Of a DNA stretch of 64,000 bases, positions 31,029-40,942 are shown in pieces. The first letter of the stretch is position 1; each line of letters starts with the position of its first letter. The position numbers and the translations under genes were made by a program. The stretch is from the NCBI GenBank assembly GCA_002811645.1, contig PDIP01000018.1:83609-147608 (forward strand), given 5' to 3'. This DNA comes from Corallochytrium limacisporum Hawaii. Its lineage: Eukaryota; Protista; Pluriformea. The notes below the pieces were generated by a model. It saw only the letters and a program-made list of their open reading frames with translations, searched no databases and was not told the DNA's origin.

Positions 31029-31489
31029 TTTGAATATGTCGCGACGTCAATTCAGTCCAAGTACTATTGAGCGCGCACTTGATTTCGAGCACATGATGTC
31101 CAAAGCTTTTTATATACCAGTAAATATCTGCGGAAGTCTGTGCTGGTTCACTGAGCTTTGGGTCTATGTGAATCGTTCTTCCTCCGGGCCGATTCCTCAT
31201 TTTTTTTTCCCTTTTACTTTTCCGTCTTTTTAAATTTGAATTTCCCGCGCACAGACCAGCAGCCCTTGAAAATGTACCAGGAATTCGTAGGGCTGCACTC
31301 CTCGTTTCCCCCAACCCCCCCCCCCTCCCCGCCAGAAAGTTTTGGGTCGTTCTTTGTTGCTTGGGTTTTCCTTGCCTCCCTTTCTTTTCTTTTTTTTTTG
31401 GTGCGAAAATGAACAGCGGGGGCCGGGTTTGGCAGGCACACAAAAAGCCGGGAACGGGGAGCGAGGAAACCTTTGAATTTTTCGCGCGC
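31029..31489 (-). promoter_or_regulatory. Three CDE/E2F-CHR-like composite elements upstream of the Emi-like gene
   Basis: TTTGAA at 31029, 31235 and 31472, each closely followed by a CGCG core (TATGTCGCG, TTTCCCGCGC, TTTTTCGCGCGC). Confidence 0.55.
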
Positions 31490-31817
31490 TTGGGCCGAGG
31501 ACCGCCGTCCCGGAACGGGCGAGGGCTACGCAACGATGGAGGCCCCCTTCCTCCCTGGAGGGGAGGGGCCGGGAGGGAGTGGGCTGTTGTTGTCCCCAGT
31601 GGAAGTGAGGAAGAATGCGGGCAGATCTTACCGAGATCCTACCCCGCTCCAGGACCATTGGATGCGCGGTGTGTGTGTATGTGTGTATCTGGTGTACTAC
31701 TGGCCTAATGTCGCCATGATCTGTATGACTGGGTAGTTCAAATCTAAAACAAAACTCGATTGAGTACATGGTGGTTGGTCATAGGTACAATATAAATTTC
31801 GGGCTTCTGGGCTCAGG

Positions 31818-33050
31818 ATGGCACCCGTGACAGAGGAGGGACAGGAAATCACAGATGCCCAAGGCCTCAAGTCGACTGTGAGCACAGAGATCAAAATGGA
31901 GTTGCCTGTTGTGGACTTCACCAACTGCGCAGAGGGAGATGAATACGACCTGGAGAAGGCTAAGCAGGCAGGGGACCTAGTAAGGAAAGCGCTGGAAGAG
32001 TATGGTGCCTTTGTCTTGCTGGATCCCCGGGTCAAGCCTGAACAGAACGATGTCTTTTTGCGTACGATGGAGTCCTACTGGGAGCGTCCAGCAGAAATGC
32101 GTGAGAAGGAGACCCGACCTCACCTGAGCTATCAACTTGGTCTTACTCCAGAGGGCGTGGAAATTCCTCGGTGCAAGGCTGACACAAACTGCCACAAGGT
32201 AATTGATAATTTGGCAGATGAAGACAAGCCCATCAAACCTGAAGGTGCTGACCCGAAGCTGAGGTACTTTTGGCGCATCAGTGAGCGGCCAAAGCCTGTG
32301 CAGAAGGACAAGGATGGCAAGGAAATTCCACTCACCGAGGAACAAAAGGCCAAAGACCCAGATTTTGCACCACAGGTGGTGCCCGAAGGTATGGATGGAT
32401 TTGAGAAGGTCATGGAAGGCTGGGGCAATCAACTACTGGAGGCAGGACAGATGATTCTGCACTGTTATGCTCTGGCTTGTGGCGCAGAAGGTGACTTGTT
32501 GACCAAAAAAATCATGAACGGCCACCATTTACTGGCACCCACCGGTGTCGATCTGTCCACGCACAACCACGTCAACACCATCATGGCAGGATTTCACTAT
32601 GATCTGAATCTGCTTAGTTTGCATGGCAAGGCCAACTATCCCGGATTGGCCATTTGGACCCGGGAAGGTAAGAAAATGGAGGTCAAGATGCCCACAGGAC
32701 CCTACCTCTTGTGCCAAGCAGGGAAGCAGTTCGAATGGCTGACCGCTGGTAAGGTTCTGGCTGGTTTCCACGAAGTCGCGGTCCGGGAGTCAACACTCAA
32801 GGTTCTGTCTGGGAAGAAGGCTGATGATGGCGACGCCAGCAAGCGAAAGAAGCCTCAAAGCTCGTGGCGTGTGAGTTCAACGCTCTTTATCCACGTTCGC
32901 TCCGACGATGACCTCTACCCCATGCCCGAATTGATTGGGGAAGAAGCCGCGGCGGCAGAAGAGAATAAGGTCAAGTACCCCAGGACCCGCACTGGAAAGC
33001 AGGTCATGGATGAACTGTCTGCTATCAATCTGTCTGGTACTGCAGAATAG
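31818..33050 (+). CDS. 2-oxoglutarate/Fe(II)-dependent oxygenase (isopenicillin N synthase-like fold)
   Basis: DIOX_N-like LPVVDF...ALEEYGAFVL, facial triad FHYD...FHEV, and 2OG-binding WRVSS. Confidence 0.88.
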   Translation: MAPVTEEGQEITDAQGLKSTVSTEIKMELPVVDFTNCAEGDEYDLEKAKQAGDLVRKALEEYGAFVLLDPRVKPEQNDVFLRTMESYWERPAEMREKETRPHLSYQLGLTPEGVEIPRCKADTNCHKVIDNLADEDKPIKPEGADPKLRYFWRISERPKPVQKDKDGKEIPLTEEQKAKDPDFAPQVVPEGMDGFEKVMEGWGNQLLEAGQMILHCYALACGAEGDLLTKKIMNGHHLLAPTGVDLSTHNHVNTIMAGFHYDLNLLSLHGKANYPGLAIWTREGKKMEVKMPTGPYLLCQAGKQFEWLTAGKVLAGFHEVAVRESTLKVLSGKKADDGDASKRKKPQSSWRVSSTLFIHVRSDDDLYPMPELIGEEAAAAEENKVKYPRTRTGKQVMDELSAINLSGTAE

Positions 33051-33182
33051 GATTCGTTGGCCTGAAAATATATAATGTATGATACTATTGGTGTAATTAT
33101 TGCTCCTCGTAGTGGATTGAAAGATCTGAAACAAGGAAGGCCCAAATGGCAAATAAGTGATAAGAAAATACTATACGGGACA

Positions 33183-34088
33183 TCACCAGTAGAATTTCTT
33201 GGTGAGCCACGAGGCAGCGGCACCGATTACACCACCGCCATCATCCTTTTTGTTTTTATCACCCTTGCGTACCAGCCATCCTGTGCCCCAGCTAGAGTCA
33301 TTCGCCGCCACGCCGTCATAGTCGTCCTCATCAATGTAGCCATCGTCAGCTTCTGCATCAGCAACTACAGGGCAAGGGTCAACCAGGACTTCCTCACCGT
33401 TGTCGTTCTTTACAACCTGTTGTGCGTGAACATCCTGCTTGTCATTGACCGCCTTGCAAATCTGTTCCACCTTTACGGCATGTGTCACCCTGACCACCAC
33501 ACGTTCCCTTGAGATGTCAAAAGTGAAGGAGATCACACCACGTACGGTCAACAGACGCTCCTCGACGATACCACGGAGCTCTGATGTATTCATGCCCTCA
33601 ACGTACAGGGTCACAGTCCTAGCCTTCTTTACACTGGCACCGGTAAAGAAAGACTGTTGTTGACGCTTGCCGGTCTGCGATCCAGCGCTAGATCCAACTG
33701 CAGCGTTAGCCTTTGCCTGTGCAAGAAGCTTCTCCCGCTTCTCATTGTTTGACGAGGCCTTTTGCGGTGAGAGGCGCTTCTCCAGTTCTTGTGCCTCATT
33801 CAGAATTTCTGGGTCGGGCAAACGGTTCTGCAGCTTCTGGAGATTGTCCAACAGACCGGCCTCACCTTGAATGGCAGTTCGACCTTCCTGCTCCTCCGTA
33901 AGGTAACGCAAGGCTTCGAGAGCAGTACGTACAACTTCAACTTCGCTGCTATCAAGGAACAGAATCAGTCCGCCTAGAGAGGCCTTGTCCCTGACAATGG
34001 CGGAACGGTTGTTCGGCTGCTTAGCCAAGTCTCGCAGAGATGAAACAATGCCTTGAACATTCATACCGGTGGCAGTATCAACAACCAT
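33183..34088 (-). CDS. ARMC1: Armadillo repeat-containing protein 1
   Basis: LRDLAKQPNNRSAIVRD...GLILFLD, an HMA-like domain (TVTLYVEGM...LLTVRGVISFTF) and the characteristic terminal ...KKFYW. Confidence 0.9.
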   Translation of the reverse strand: MVVDTATGMNVQGIVSSLRDLAKQPNNRSAIVRDKASLGGLILFLDSSEVEVVRTALEALRYLTEEQEGRTAIQGEAGLLDNLQKLQNRLPDPEILNEAQELEKRLSPQKASSNNEKREKLLAQAKANAAVGSSAGSQTGKRQQQSFFTGASVKKARTVTLYVEGMNTSELRGIVEERLLTVRGVISFTFDISRERVVVRVTHAVKVEQICKAVNDKQDVHAQQVVKNDNGEEVLVDPCPVVADAEADDGYIDEDDYDGVAANDSSWGTGWLVRKGDKNKKDDGGGVIGAAASWLTKKFYW

Positions 34089-34093
34089 GTTGT

Positions 34094-34233
34094 CTACAGC
34101 ATTTCCATATGCAACAAGTATTTGTTAGTGTTTGTCTTCCCAACGAAGCGTCCCCGGTCGGATCCCCAAACTCTGGACAAACGATATAATACAGCAATGG
34201 ATAGGAGTCAAACTGGTAGCAACTCTGAGATAC
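34094..34233 (-). other. Putative 5'-UTR intron of ARMC1 (140 nt)
   Basis: Minus strand reads CAG|GTATCT ... ACTAAC (34129-34124) ... TGCTGTAG|ACAAC-ATG. Confidence 0.65.
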
Positions 34234-35394
34234 CTGCATAAAGGATTCCGATCCGCCCCATGAAATGAAACCCTCGGATAGTCTCAATGTCCCCCGGTAC
34301 CAAGCGAAACCACATTCTCCGAATCCGATAGGATGCATTCCAAATGCACAACCCTGCTTCCACCTTGTGAATTTTCGTTGAACCAGGCCACAGCAAGCGC
34401 AGACAGTGACCCATCGTCAACCTTCACGCCAAGTGCCGTACCCCCAAGAGCGCGGCGTATGCGGCCACGAGCACACCTGGCCCCTCTCCTCGGTTGGAAA
34501 CAGTCCGCACTCGTCATCCTTGGCGAAAACAAGGCAAAAGGGAGATAGGTGCCGACTCTAACCACGCGATGACTTTCAGTACTGAAACAATATCAAATAT
34601 TTATCACACGAACGCGACCAAGCAAGGAGCCATCCGCGTCGCAGCAAGGACGGAAATACAAGAGAAATCTTCTCCACGGCCTGCTCTCCTCAATTTCGGA
34701 AAATGAAAGGAGCCAAAGAAAAAATATGAAAATCTTTCGACCCGTCATTTTCTTTAAGCCCTACCCCCCCCCCTGCCCTCTAAACCTTACTTTTCATTTT
34801 TCTTTTATTCCCCCCGCCGCCGGCCACTTTCTTCCCGTGTTCAACTCAAGCCCAAGGGCCCTCCCTGTTTTGCTCCCCGCTTTCTTTATTTTGGTTTTTT
34901 TTTCCCCCCGTCTGCAAACCCTTGCCCTGGTGTCTCCCCCGCTCTCCACCTCCCCGTCCCCCTCAAACTTCTTCAACCACCGAAGCCCCTGGCTTTCCCG
35001 CCGAAATAAGTGCCGTACATTTTCATAGAAAGTCTCGCCCACGATTGCGTCGGACTCCTTCTCCCGCTCTTTCCCGGGCCGTTTCTATTTGGGTGCTGGC
35101 GGTGGTAGAATCCCCCTCCCCGGGGCGCCCAGTCCGTCCCGCCCAAAAGGGAAAATTTGCCGCGCTGTGAGACTCTCTCCCCCCCTCCCTTCCTGTGCTG
35201 TGGCTCCCTCCGTGCGCTTGGGCCTCCCCTCTCCCCCCTCCCACCGTCCCGGTCTCCGCCACTGGCCTCCACGCAACGGTACCCAGATATATTTGTATAT
35301 TTTGTGAATCTATAATCAGGGGCCATATTAAGCTCCCGTCTCCCAACTTAAGCCGCCGCACAGACCGCGGTTCGAAAGGGGGAGACAGACTCTG

Positions 35395-35712
35395 GTATGT
35401 GTGTAAAACGAGTGGGCTGAGATGGAAGAGATGAGAGAGTCGCTGCTCTGAGGTGGAAGGCCCCATCGGAAGAGATTGGGCGACGATCAAAACGTTGCCA
35501 CTCAATTTTTTCCCTGCCCCGTAAAGCGCGCAGGACGCTGGCGGACGGGCGTGACTTGTGCGACACTCTCTACTGCATTGGGTGCCGTCGGTTGCCTCCG
35601 CAGAAAGCCTATTTGGGGAGCCACAGAAAATAAGAGGAATCGGCCAGTACCTGAACAAGTCACAGGCGTGAACTAACGACTGGATCAAAGCGATGTTGAA
35701 TTTGTGCTGTAG
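35395..35712 (+). other. Putative 5'-UTR intron of PAF-AH gene (318 nt)
   Basis: G|GTATGT (35395), ACTAAC (35672-35677) and TGCTGTAG ending at 35712, 32 nt before the ATG. Confidence 0.6.
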
Positions 35713-35744
35713 CGCTCCCAGTCAGCAGACCCATTCACTCTTAT

Positions 35745-37253
35745 ATGGGTTTTTCTAGATATCTTTGGATCGGTACCCCTGCACTAGTGTTGGCTGCTGC
35801 GGCGGGAATACAGTCATATCTTCGCGTAACGGTGCCTGGTGGCAATATGTTTACCCTGAGGCAACCGTTCGGACACTACGTGGTCGGCTGTGCTGACTAC
35901 GAGTACAACATCCCAGTCGATCAGCTCAAGTCCTTCGAGAAGGACTTGTTGAACAAGAATTGCTTGAGCGATGATGGTAACGAAGTCAACCTTTTGTTTC
36001 GAGTCTTCTACCCAGCGGAGGTGAACGCGTCAGGCCAGGCCATAACCACCATGGGCATAAAGGCCAAGCAGAGCCATTGGATTCCGCATTGGAAATATGC
36101 ACAGGGATACGCCAAGTACGTAGGGATGAACAGGTTTATGTCGAATGTTGTATTTCCCGCAATTTTGGGACCAAAGAAAATCAGTGCATTTGATTATGCC
36201 AAACTGAACGAGGGCGGTCATGCGGATGAGCCTTTGCCGAAGGGTGCGGGCAGGGAGGAAATGGTAATGGGTGTTTTCCCCGTTATTCTCTTCAGTCACG
36301 GTCTATCTGGCCACCGCACCACGTATTCGGCAGTTGCAGCCGAACTGGCTGCCGCTGGCTTTGTGGTGGCATGCATTGAGCACCGAGATGGCACGGCAAG
36401 TACCACATCACGGGATGCGATGAGTAATTTTATCTCATTCTACTTCTACAAGGTCACCAATGATGACGAGGTCGACTACAGGTTCAGGAACAAACAGAAC
36501 CTGCACCGTCGGTTGGAAATGAGTCTGTTACTTGACATTCTGGAGAATTGGAATAAACACGGCAAGGCACCGGGTGGGGTGGAAAACGTTTTCACGGACA
36601 ATCCCATCAAGCCTATGGAATTCAAAGGGCGGTTGGATACCAAGGTGGTAGTGGCTGCCGGTCATTCGTTCGGAGCATCCACAGCCTTGGAGACCTTGTA
36701 TCGGGATAGCCGCATCTCTGGTGTATTTTGCCTCGACGCGTGGTTGTTTCCCCTGAGTAGAGCGATGATTAAAGAGGGACCGGTGAACGGATCGCTGCTC
36801 TTCCTCCACAACGAGCTTTTCCCTTGGAAGAAGCTGACCGCGAAACGTCGCTTGGGATCGCACGCTCGGAAGGCTGGCCATGAGTCATTCCTGTACGAAC
36901 TGTTGGATTCGGGCCACCAGAACCAGAGTGATTTTCCTCTGTTCCCACATCTGGGATGGAGCATGAAGAAGAGCGGCATGGCTGGACCGGCTGAGGCATG
37001 GGAACTTATGGATGTCGGGAATGAACTTTGTCTTCAATTCTTGCGGAGGCAGATCTTGATCCCGCGTGGCATTCAACCGGCACCGATGCCCGATGACCCT
37101 AACTCGCACCCACTTTTGGATGAAGTCAAGGACCACAGATTGCTCAATCGGCAGATCCCTTATATCGAAGAATGGAACGAGAGCGAAGAGGGCAAGGCGG
37201 AGGCCCGAAGGAAAGCTGCTCAACAGAAACAGAACGATGGTGAACAAACTTAG
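35745..37253 (+). CDS. Platelet-activating factor acetylhydrolase (PAF-AH II/Lp-PLA2 family)
   Basis: FPVILFSHGL, IEHRDGTA, nucleophile motif GHSFG, LDAW, HQNQSDF, and an N-terminal hydrophobic anchor. Confidence 0.9.
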   Translation: MGFSRYLWIGTPALVLAAAAGIQSYLRVTVPGGNMFTLRQPFGHYVVGCADYEYNIPVDQLKSFEKDLLNKNCLSDDGNEVNLLFRVFYPAEVNASGQAITTMGIKAKQSHWIPHWKYAQGYAKYVGMNRFMSNVVFPAILGPKKISAFDYAKLNEGGHADEPLPKGAGREEMVMGVFPVILFSHGLSGHRTTYSAVAAELAAAGFVVACIEHRDGTASTTSRDAMSNFISFYFYKVTNDDEVDYRFRNKQNLHRRLEMSLLLDILENWNKHGKAPGGVENVFTDNPIKPMEFKGRLDTKVVVAAGHSFGASTALETLYRDSRISGVFCLDAWLFPLSRAMIKEGPVNGSLLFLHNELFPWKKLTAKRRLGSHARKAGHESFLYELLDSGHQNQSDFPLFPHLGWSMKKSGMAGPAEAWELMDVGNELCLQFLRRQILIPRGIQPAPMPDDPNSHPLLDEVKDHRLLNRQIPYIEEWNESEEGKAEARRKAAQQKQNDGEQT

Positions 37254-37321
37254 ATCTTCAAATTACAACTAAAAATATAAGGTCATGAGATAATGCTTCT
37301 TTAAGGTTAGTTGATCCACAC

Positions 37322-37966
37322 TCACGACTTGTGAGTGAATACATGGACATGGATCATCGGGTCTTGCCAGTGGGGATCGAGGTCGGCACTCCGGATTTCT
37401 TTGATCGATGCAAACTTGGCAATCTCCTGAAAGAAATGATCTTGAACGTCCTGTTTTCCAGTCTCGGAACGATCCTCATGACTCATGATGATCTGCGTGT
37501 TCGGGTTTGTCTCCAGGGCTTCCCGACACACATTGAGAAGTGGATCAATGCTCTCCTCGTAGTAGAGACAATCTGCTATCAAAACCAGATCAATAGGGCG
37601 CTTGAACGTCCAGGTCCCATTAACCCAATCCAGGGTGCTTGCTTCTACCACAGTTCCTTCAGACAGTAGGTGCTGGTTTTCGACAATATTGCGCTCAGCC
37701 ACGGGTACCAGTCTCTCAAGATCAGTCAACACCACGTACTGCGCACCCAGAACTGCTGCGGTTAGTCCACATGCACCTACACCGGCACCTAATTCAACAA
37801 TACTTCGGCCCTTGACGAGGCCAATGTGTTTGTTCAAATACGCACAGAGCACCAGAGCAGCATCCCAGACTACCACACCAACATCCCCATCCAGATTCTG
37901 TGAGAACACCAGAGTGCGGCCAACAGAAGTTACCTCAAAATCCCTTGTGAAGGTCTGCCCCGTCAT
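37322..37966 (-). CDS. VCPKMT: Protein-lysine methyltransferase METTL21D/VCPKMT-like
   Basis: Methyltransf_16 motifs VGVVVWDAALVL, VELGAGVG, VVLTD, LDW and ADCLYY. The paralog assignment within METTL21 is less certain. Confidence 0.75.
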   Translation of the reverse strand: MTGQTFTRDFEVTSVGRTLVFSQNLDGDVGVVVWDAALVLCAYLNKHIGLVKGRSIVELGAGVGACGLTAAVLGAQYVVLTDLERLVPVAERNIVENQHLLSEGTVVEASTLDWVNGTWTFKRPIDLVLIADCLYYEESIDPLLNVCREALETNPNTQIIMSHEDRSETGKQDVQDHFFQEIAKFASIKEIRSADLDPHWQDPMIHVHVFTHKS

Positions 37967-38794
37967 GTGAGGTTCATCTGCACCGAGCTCGTCTAATGTT
38001 CTCTACATTGGCAAGCTCCTCGCGGTGAATGCAGCTGCGGGCACTGTCCCTTCATGTACCTTGTCGCTTAGCTTGACCTGTCCGAATTGCTCGGCTTGGG
38101 AACACCGCGCTTGGCCTCTCCACCTCCCCCTTTTACAGTAGTGGTAGTCTCTGTAAATGGGGGCCTATTTTCGCGGTTGTTGCCTCGGTTGCTGCCGCTC
38201 CTCCGGGGCTTCCCCTCACCCACCCCCCCCCTTCCCCCGGGGGGGGGGACCGGGGAAGGCGGGAGGCCCCGCTGCTACGAAATGTGCGGAAGGGAGGGGT
38301 TGGGGGCTGGGGTTAGAGCCAAGTCCGAACGAACGCACCCACCAGCAACCGGGTCCCCCAAAAAAATCTTCGCAAGGCACCGGGAAAAATCCGCACAGTC
38401 AGGTCAGCTGGCAACGGAGGCTCAACCTAGAGATTTTGGGAAATTTTCCGTTCTTTGTTTTTGGATTGAAGTCTTGGCGCGTCGTGAGAGGATTACCATC
38501 AAACATTGCGATCCAGGGTCTGTGCAGAACTCTTATCGGAAGCTATAAGGGAGTGTATACAGCGACCCGCTAGCATGTTGCGGCTGCAACGGTTGGTAAG
38601 GACGACGAACGTGGTTTCACAGTCTCAGAAATCCCACTTCATTGTAGTGAGGTTCCAGGCCAACGTTGGAAATATACTGAGAACGTTTAAACAAGGTCAC
38701 AATGTGAGGTGACAAATGACTGAAAACAGAGTTTGAAAACTTTCTGTTTTGCAACGTGGCGTATGCGACTGAGGAGTAGCGAAGCTCTATCACA

Positions 38795-40414
38795 ATGTCA
38801 AATGCTGTCGCATTCGTCCGCGACAGCGTGCGGGAGGCACAGAATTTCGTGTCCAATGTATATTACCATTATGTGGCTCCAAGTGTTGTAGCACTGGCCT
38901 CGGCATCTTTGTCATTAACCCACCGCAGTCGTGGTGACATGCACGGGGCTCTGATGGTTTACGAAGTTCGGCCACCCCTAAGTAGTGCCCTTTTGCTAAT
39001 GACGGTCACTGTCATTCCTTACTATGCACTAAAGAATCTAAAGCGAGGACTGGGTAAGTGGTATCGTAGGCGCGGGCTGCGAGACGAAGACAAAGTATAC
39101 CTGCAGCGGGAATATATGCATGTGGTATCCGACACCGGGAAATTAACCAATGGCGAGTACATGGCTCGCATCTTCACCCTAGTCCGTTTGACGTTGCGAC
39201 CACTGATCAAGGATCTTAAAAAGAGCCAGAAAATTCCCAAAAAGAGCGCCAAGAAACCGAACCCACACGAACTCCAAGGGTATATTCAGCTCATGCTCGA
39301 CCACACAGCCCTGTTTGCCGCCAAGTTGAACGCGAACAGCAGTGAACTTCGTACAATGGCACAATTCCTCATGGAGAAGCGTATGGCTTTCAAGGACTTG
39401 GTGCAAGCCGGCTTTGCGGTGCCGTTCACAGCAAAGGACGTCGGTACTGCCTTTTCATACGGACTGCAGCTCGTCAATTGGGCCACAGAGGCTGAGTATG
39501 TCTTTGAAATGGACCATCGCATGGAGATGCTGGCCAACTACCGCCAGTGTCTTTTGGTGCTTCAACAGAGTCACGTTCAGCACACAGAGCAAATGAGCCA
39601 CCTGAGGCCGGATACGCTCGTAATGGGTTGGTCACCCCCGCGGGGGCAGCCGTCATCAGGACAGTCGCCAATGAACACCAGCAGGTTGTCAAGCTATGCA
39701 GCACAGCCCGCAGATGAGAGTCTGCGAGGGTCGCAGCTGAATATGGACGCGAGATCGTTCACCCGGGAAGATGATCGCGCAGGCACTACAGTTGTAGGTA
39801 ATGATAGCACGTCTTCACAACGCGCGAGTATGAACAACCTGCAGCAGGACATGAGCCCAGTACCCGCCGCAGGTCCCCGCAAGCCGCGGTACACATCCAC
39901 TAGCAGCAATCCGAGCATGGCACGGTCAGGAGGACTGCACAACAGTGTGGATATGTCGTCCATGGCACGGGGAGATGCTATGAGTTTCTCTGAGATCAGC
40001 GAAAGCGGAACTGCGGGAGGAACGGGCAACATTAATGGCAATGGCAACGGTCTTCAGCAGCGGTCCTATACGGATAGGAATTACCCATCGTCAAACATGA
40101 CAAATGACTCGCTTGACGGTGGCTTCTTTACTGAATCAGCGTCTCAGCGATCGAATTCGCTGCGCCGGGTGAACTCACGACAACGATATAGTGGTCAATC
40201 GGGTACCCTTGTGTATCGGAATCCATCGACGACCAGCCACGGTAGCAACATTCAGCATTCCAAGTCATACCGTCTGCACCGATACGACAGCACTGCCAAG
40301 ACACCTTCCCAACGACGCAGTGAAGTGGATTTGAGCGGGTTTGATGACCATGTGGAGAGTAGGGAATATATTGCCACCAACGCGGACACGGACGAGGACG
40401 AAAGGAGCATGTAA
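38795..40414 (+). CDS. Hypothetical protein (N-terminal hydrophobic segments, helical core, Ser-rich disordered tail)
   Basis: 539-aa ORF with ATG in acaATG context. No family recognised. Confidence 0.75.
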   Translation: MSNAVAFVRDSVREAQNFVSNVYYHYVAPSVVALASASLSLTHRSRGDMHGALMVYEVRPPLSSALLLMTVTVIPYYALKNLKRGLGKWYRRRGLRDEDKVYLQREYMHVVSDTGKLTNGEYMARIFTLVRLTLRPLIKDLKKSQKIPKKSAKKPNPHELQGYIQLMLDHTALFAAKLNANSSELRTMAQFLMEKRMAFKDLVQAGFAVPFTAKDVGTAFSYGLQLVNWATEAEYVFEMDHRMEMLANYRQCLLVLQQSHVQHTEQMSHLRPDTLVMGWSPPRGQPSSGQSPMNTSRLSSYAAQPADESLRGSQLNMDARSFTREDDRAGTTVVGNDSTSSQRASMNNLQQDMSPVPAAGPRKPRYTSTSSNPSMARSGGLHNSVDMSSMARGDAMSFSEISESGTAGGTGNINGNGNGLQQRSYTDRNYPSSNMTNDSLDGGFFTESASQRSNSLRRVNSRQRYSGQSGTLVYRNPSTTSHGSNIQHSKSYRLHRYDSTAKTPSQRRSEVDLSGFDDHVESREYIATNADTDEDERSM

Positions 40415-40942
40415 TGGAAGCGGTCCGCAGAGATACACTGAAATAATCTACAATAACATCATCATCACAATCATCCTTGACTTTTCGCACAGTCGTGATC
40501 AAGTGCCAGAACATAACAGTATCCTGTATAAACTCATTCTTTCCGGCTGCCTCCGATTCACGCCATCTTCAGTGAATTAGCAAGCTCTGTCTCTGTCACT
40601 CGTGAAAGCGGGAAATCGCTCAAACTCTGGGCCCTCTTCCCACGAGATCCAACCCCTCCCCCTCGAGCGGGAGCTGACCTCACGATGGCAACGCGTCCTA
40701 GTGGGTATGTCAGAACATGGCAGAATTGCCAGCGGACCAAGTGGTCAAGCGCAGGTGTTTAAACAAACATACAATGGACACAGTTGCCTAGAGGAATATA
40801 TTGGTAGAATGTTTAAGAACCCTGAGTAACAAGTGGCTAAAATGGATTCGGAAATAGGATCGGACTCAACCCAACCTGGGACTTTCTTTGGAAATAGAAT
40901 TCCGACATGGAATGAGCAGAACTAGTTTACAGAAAACACTCC

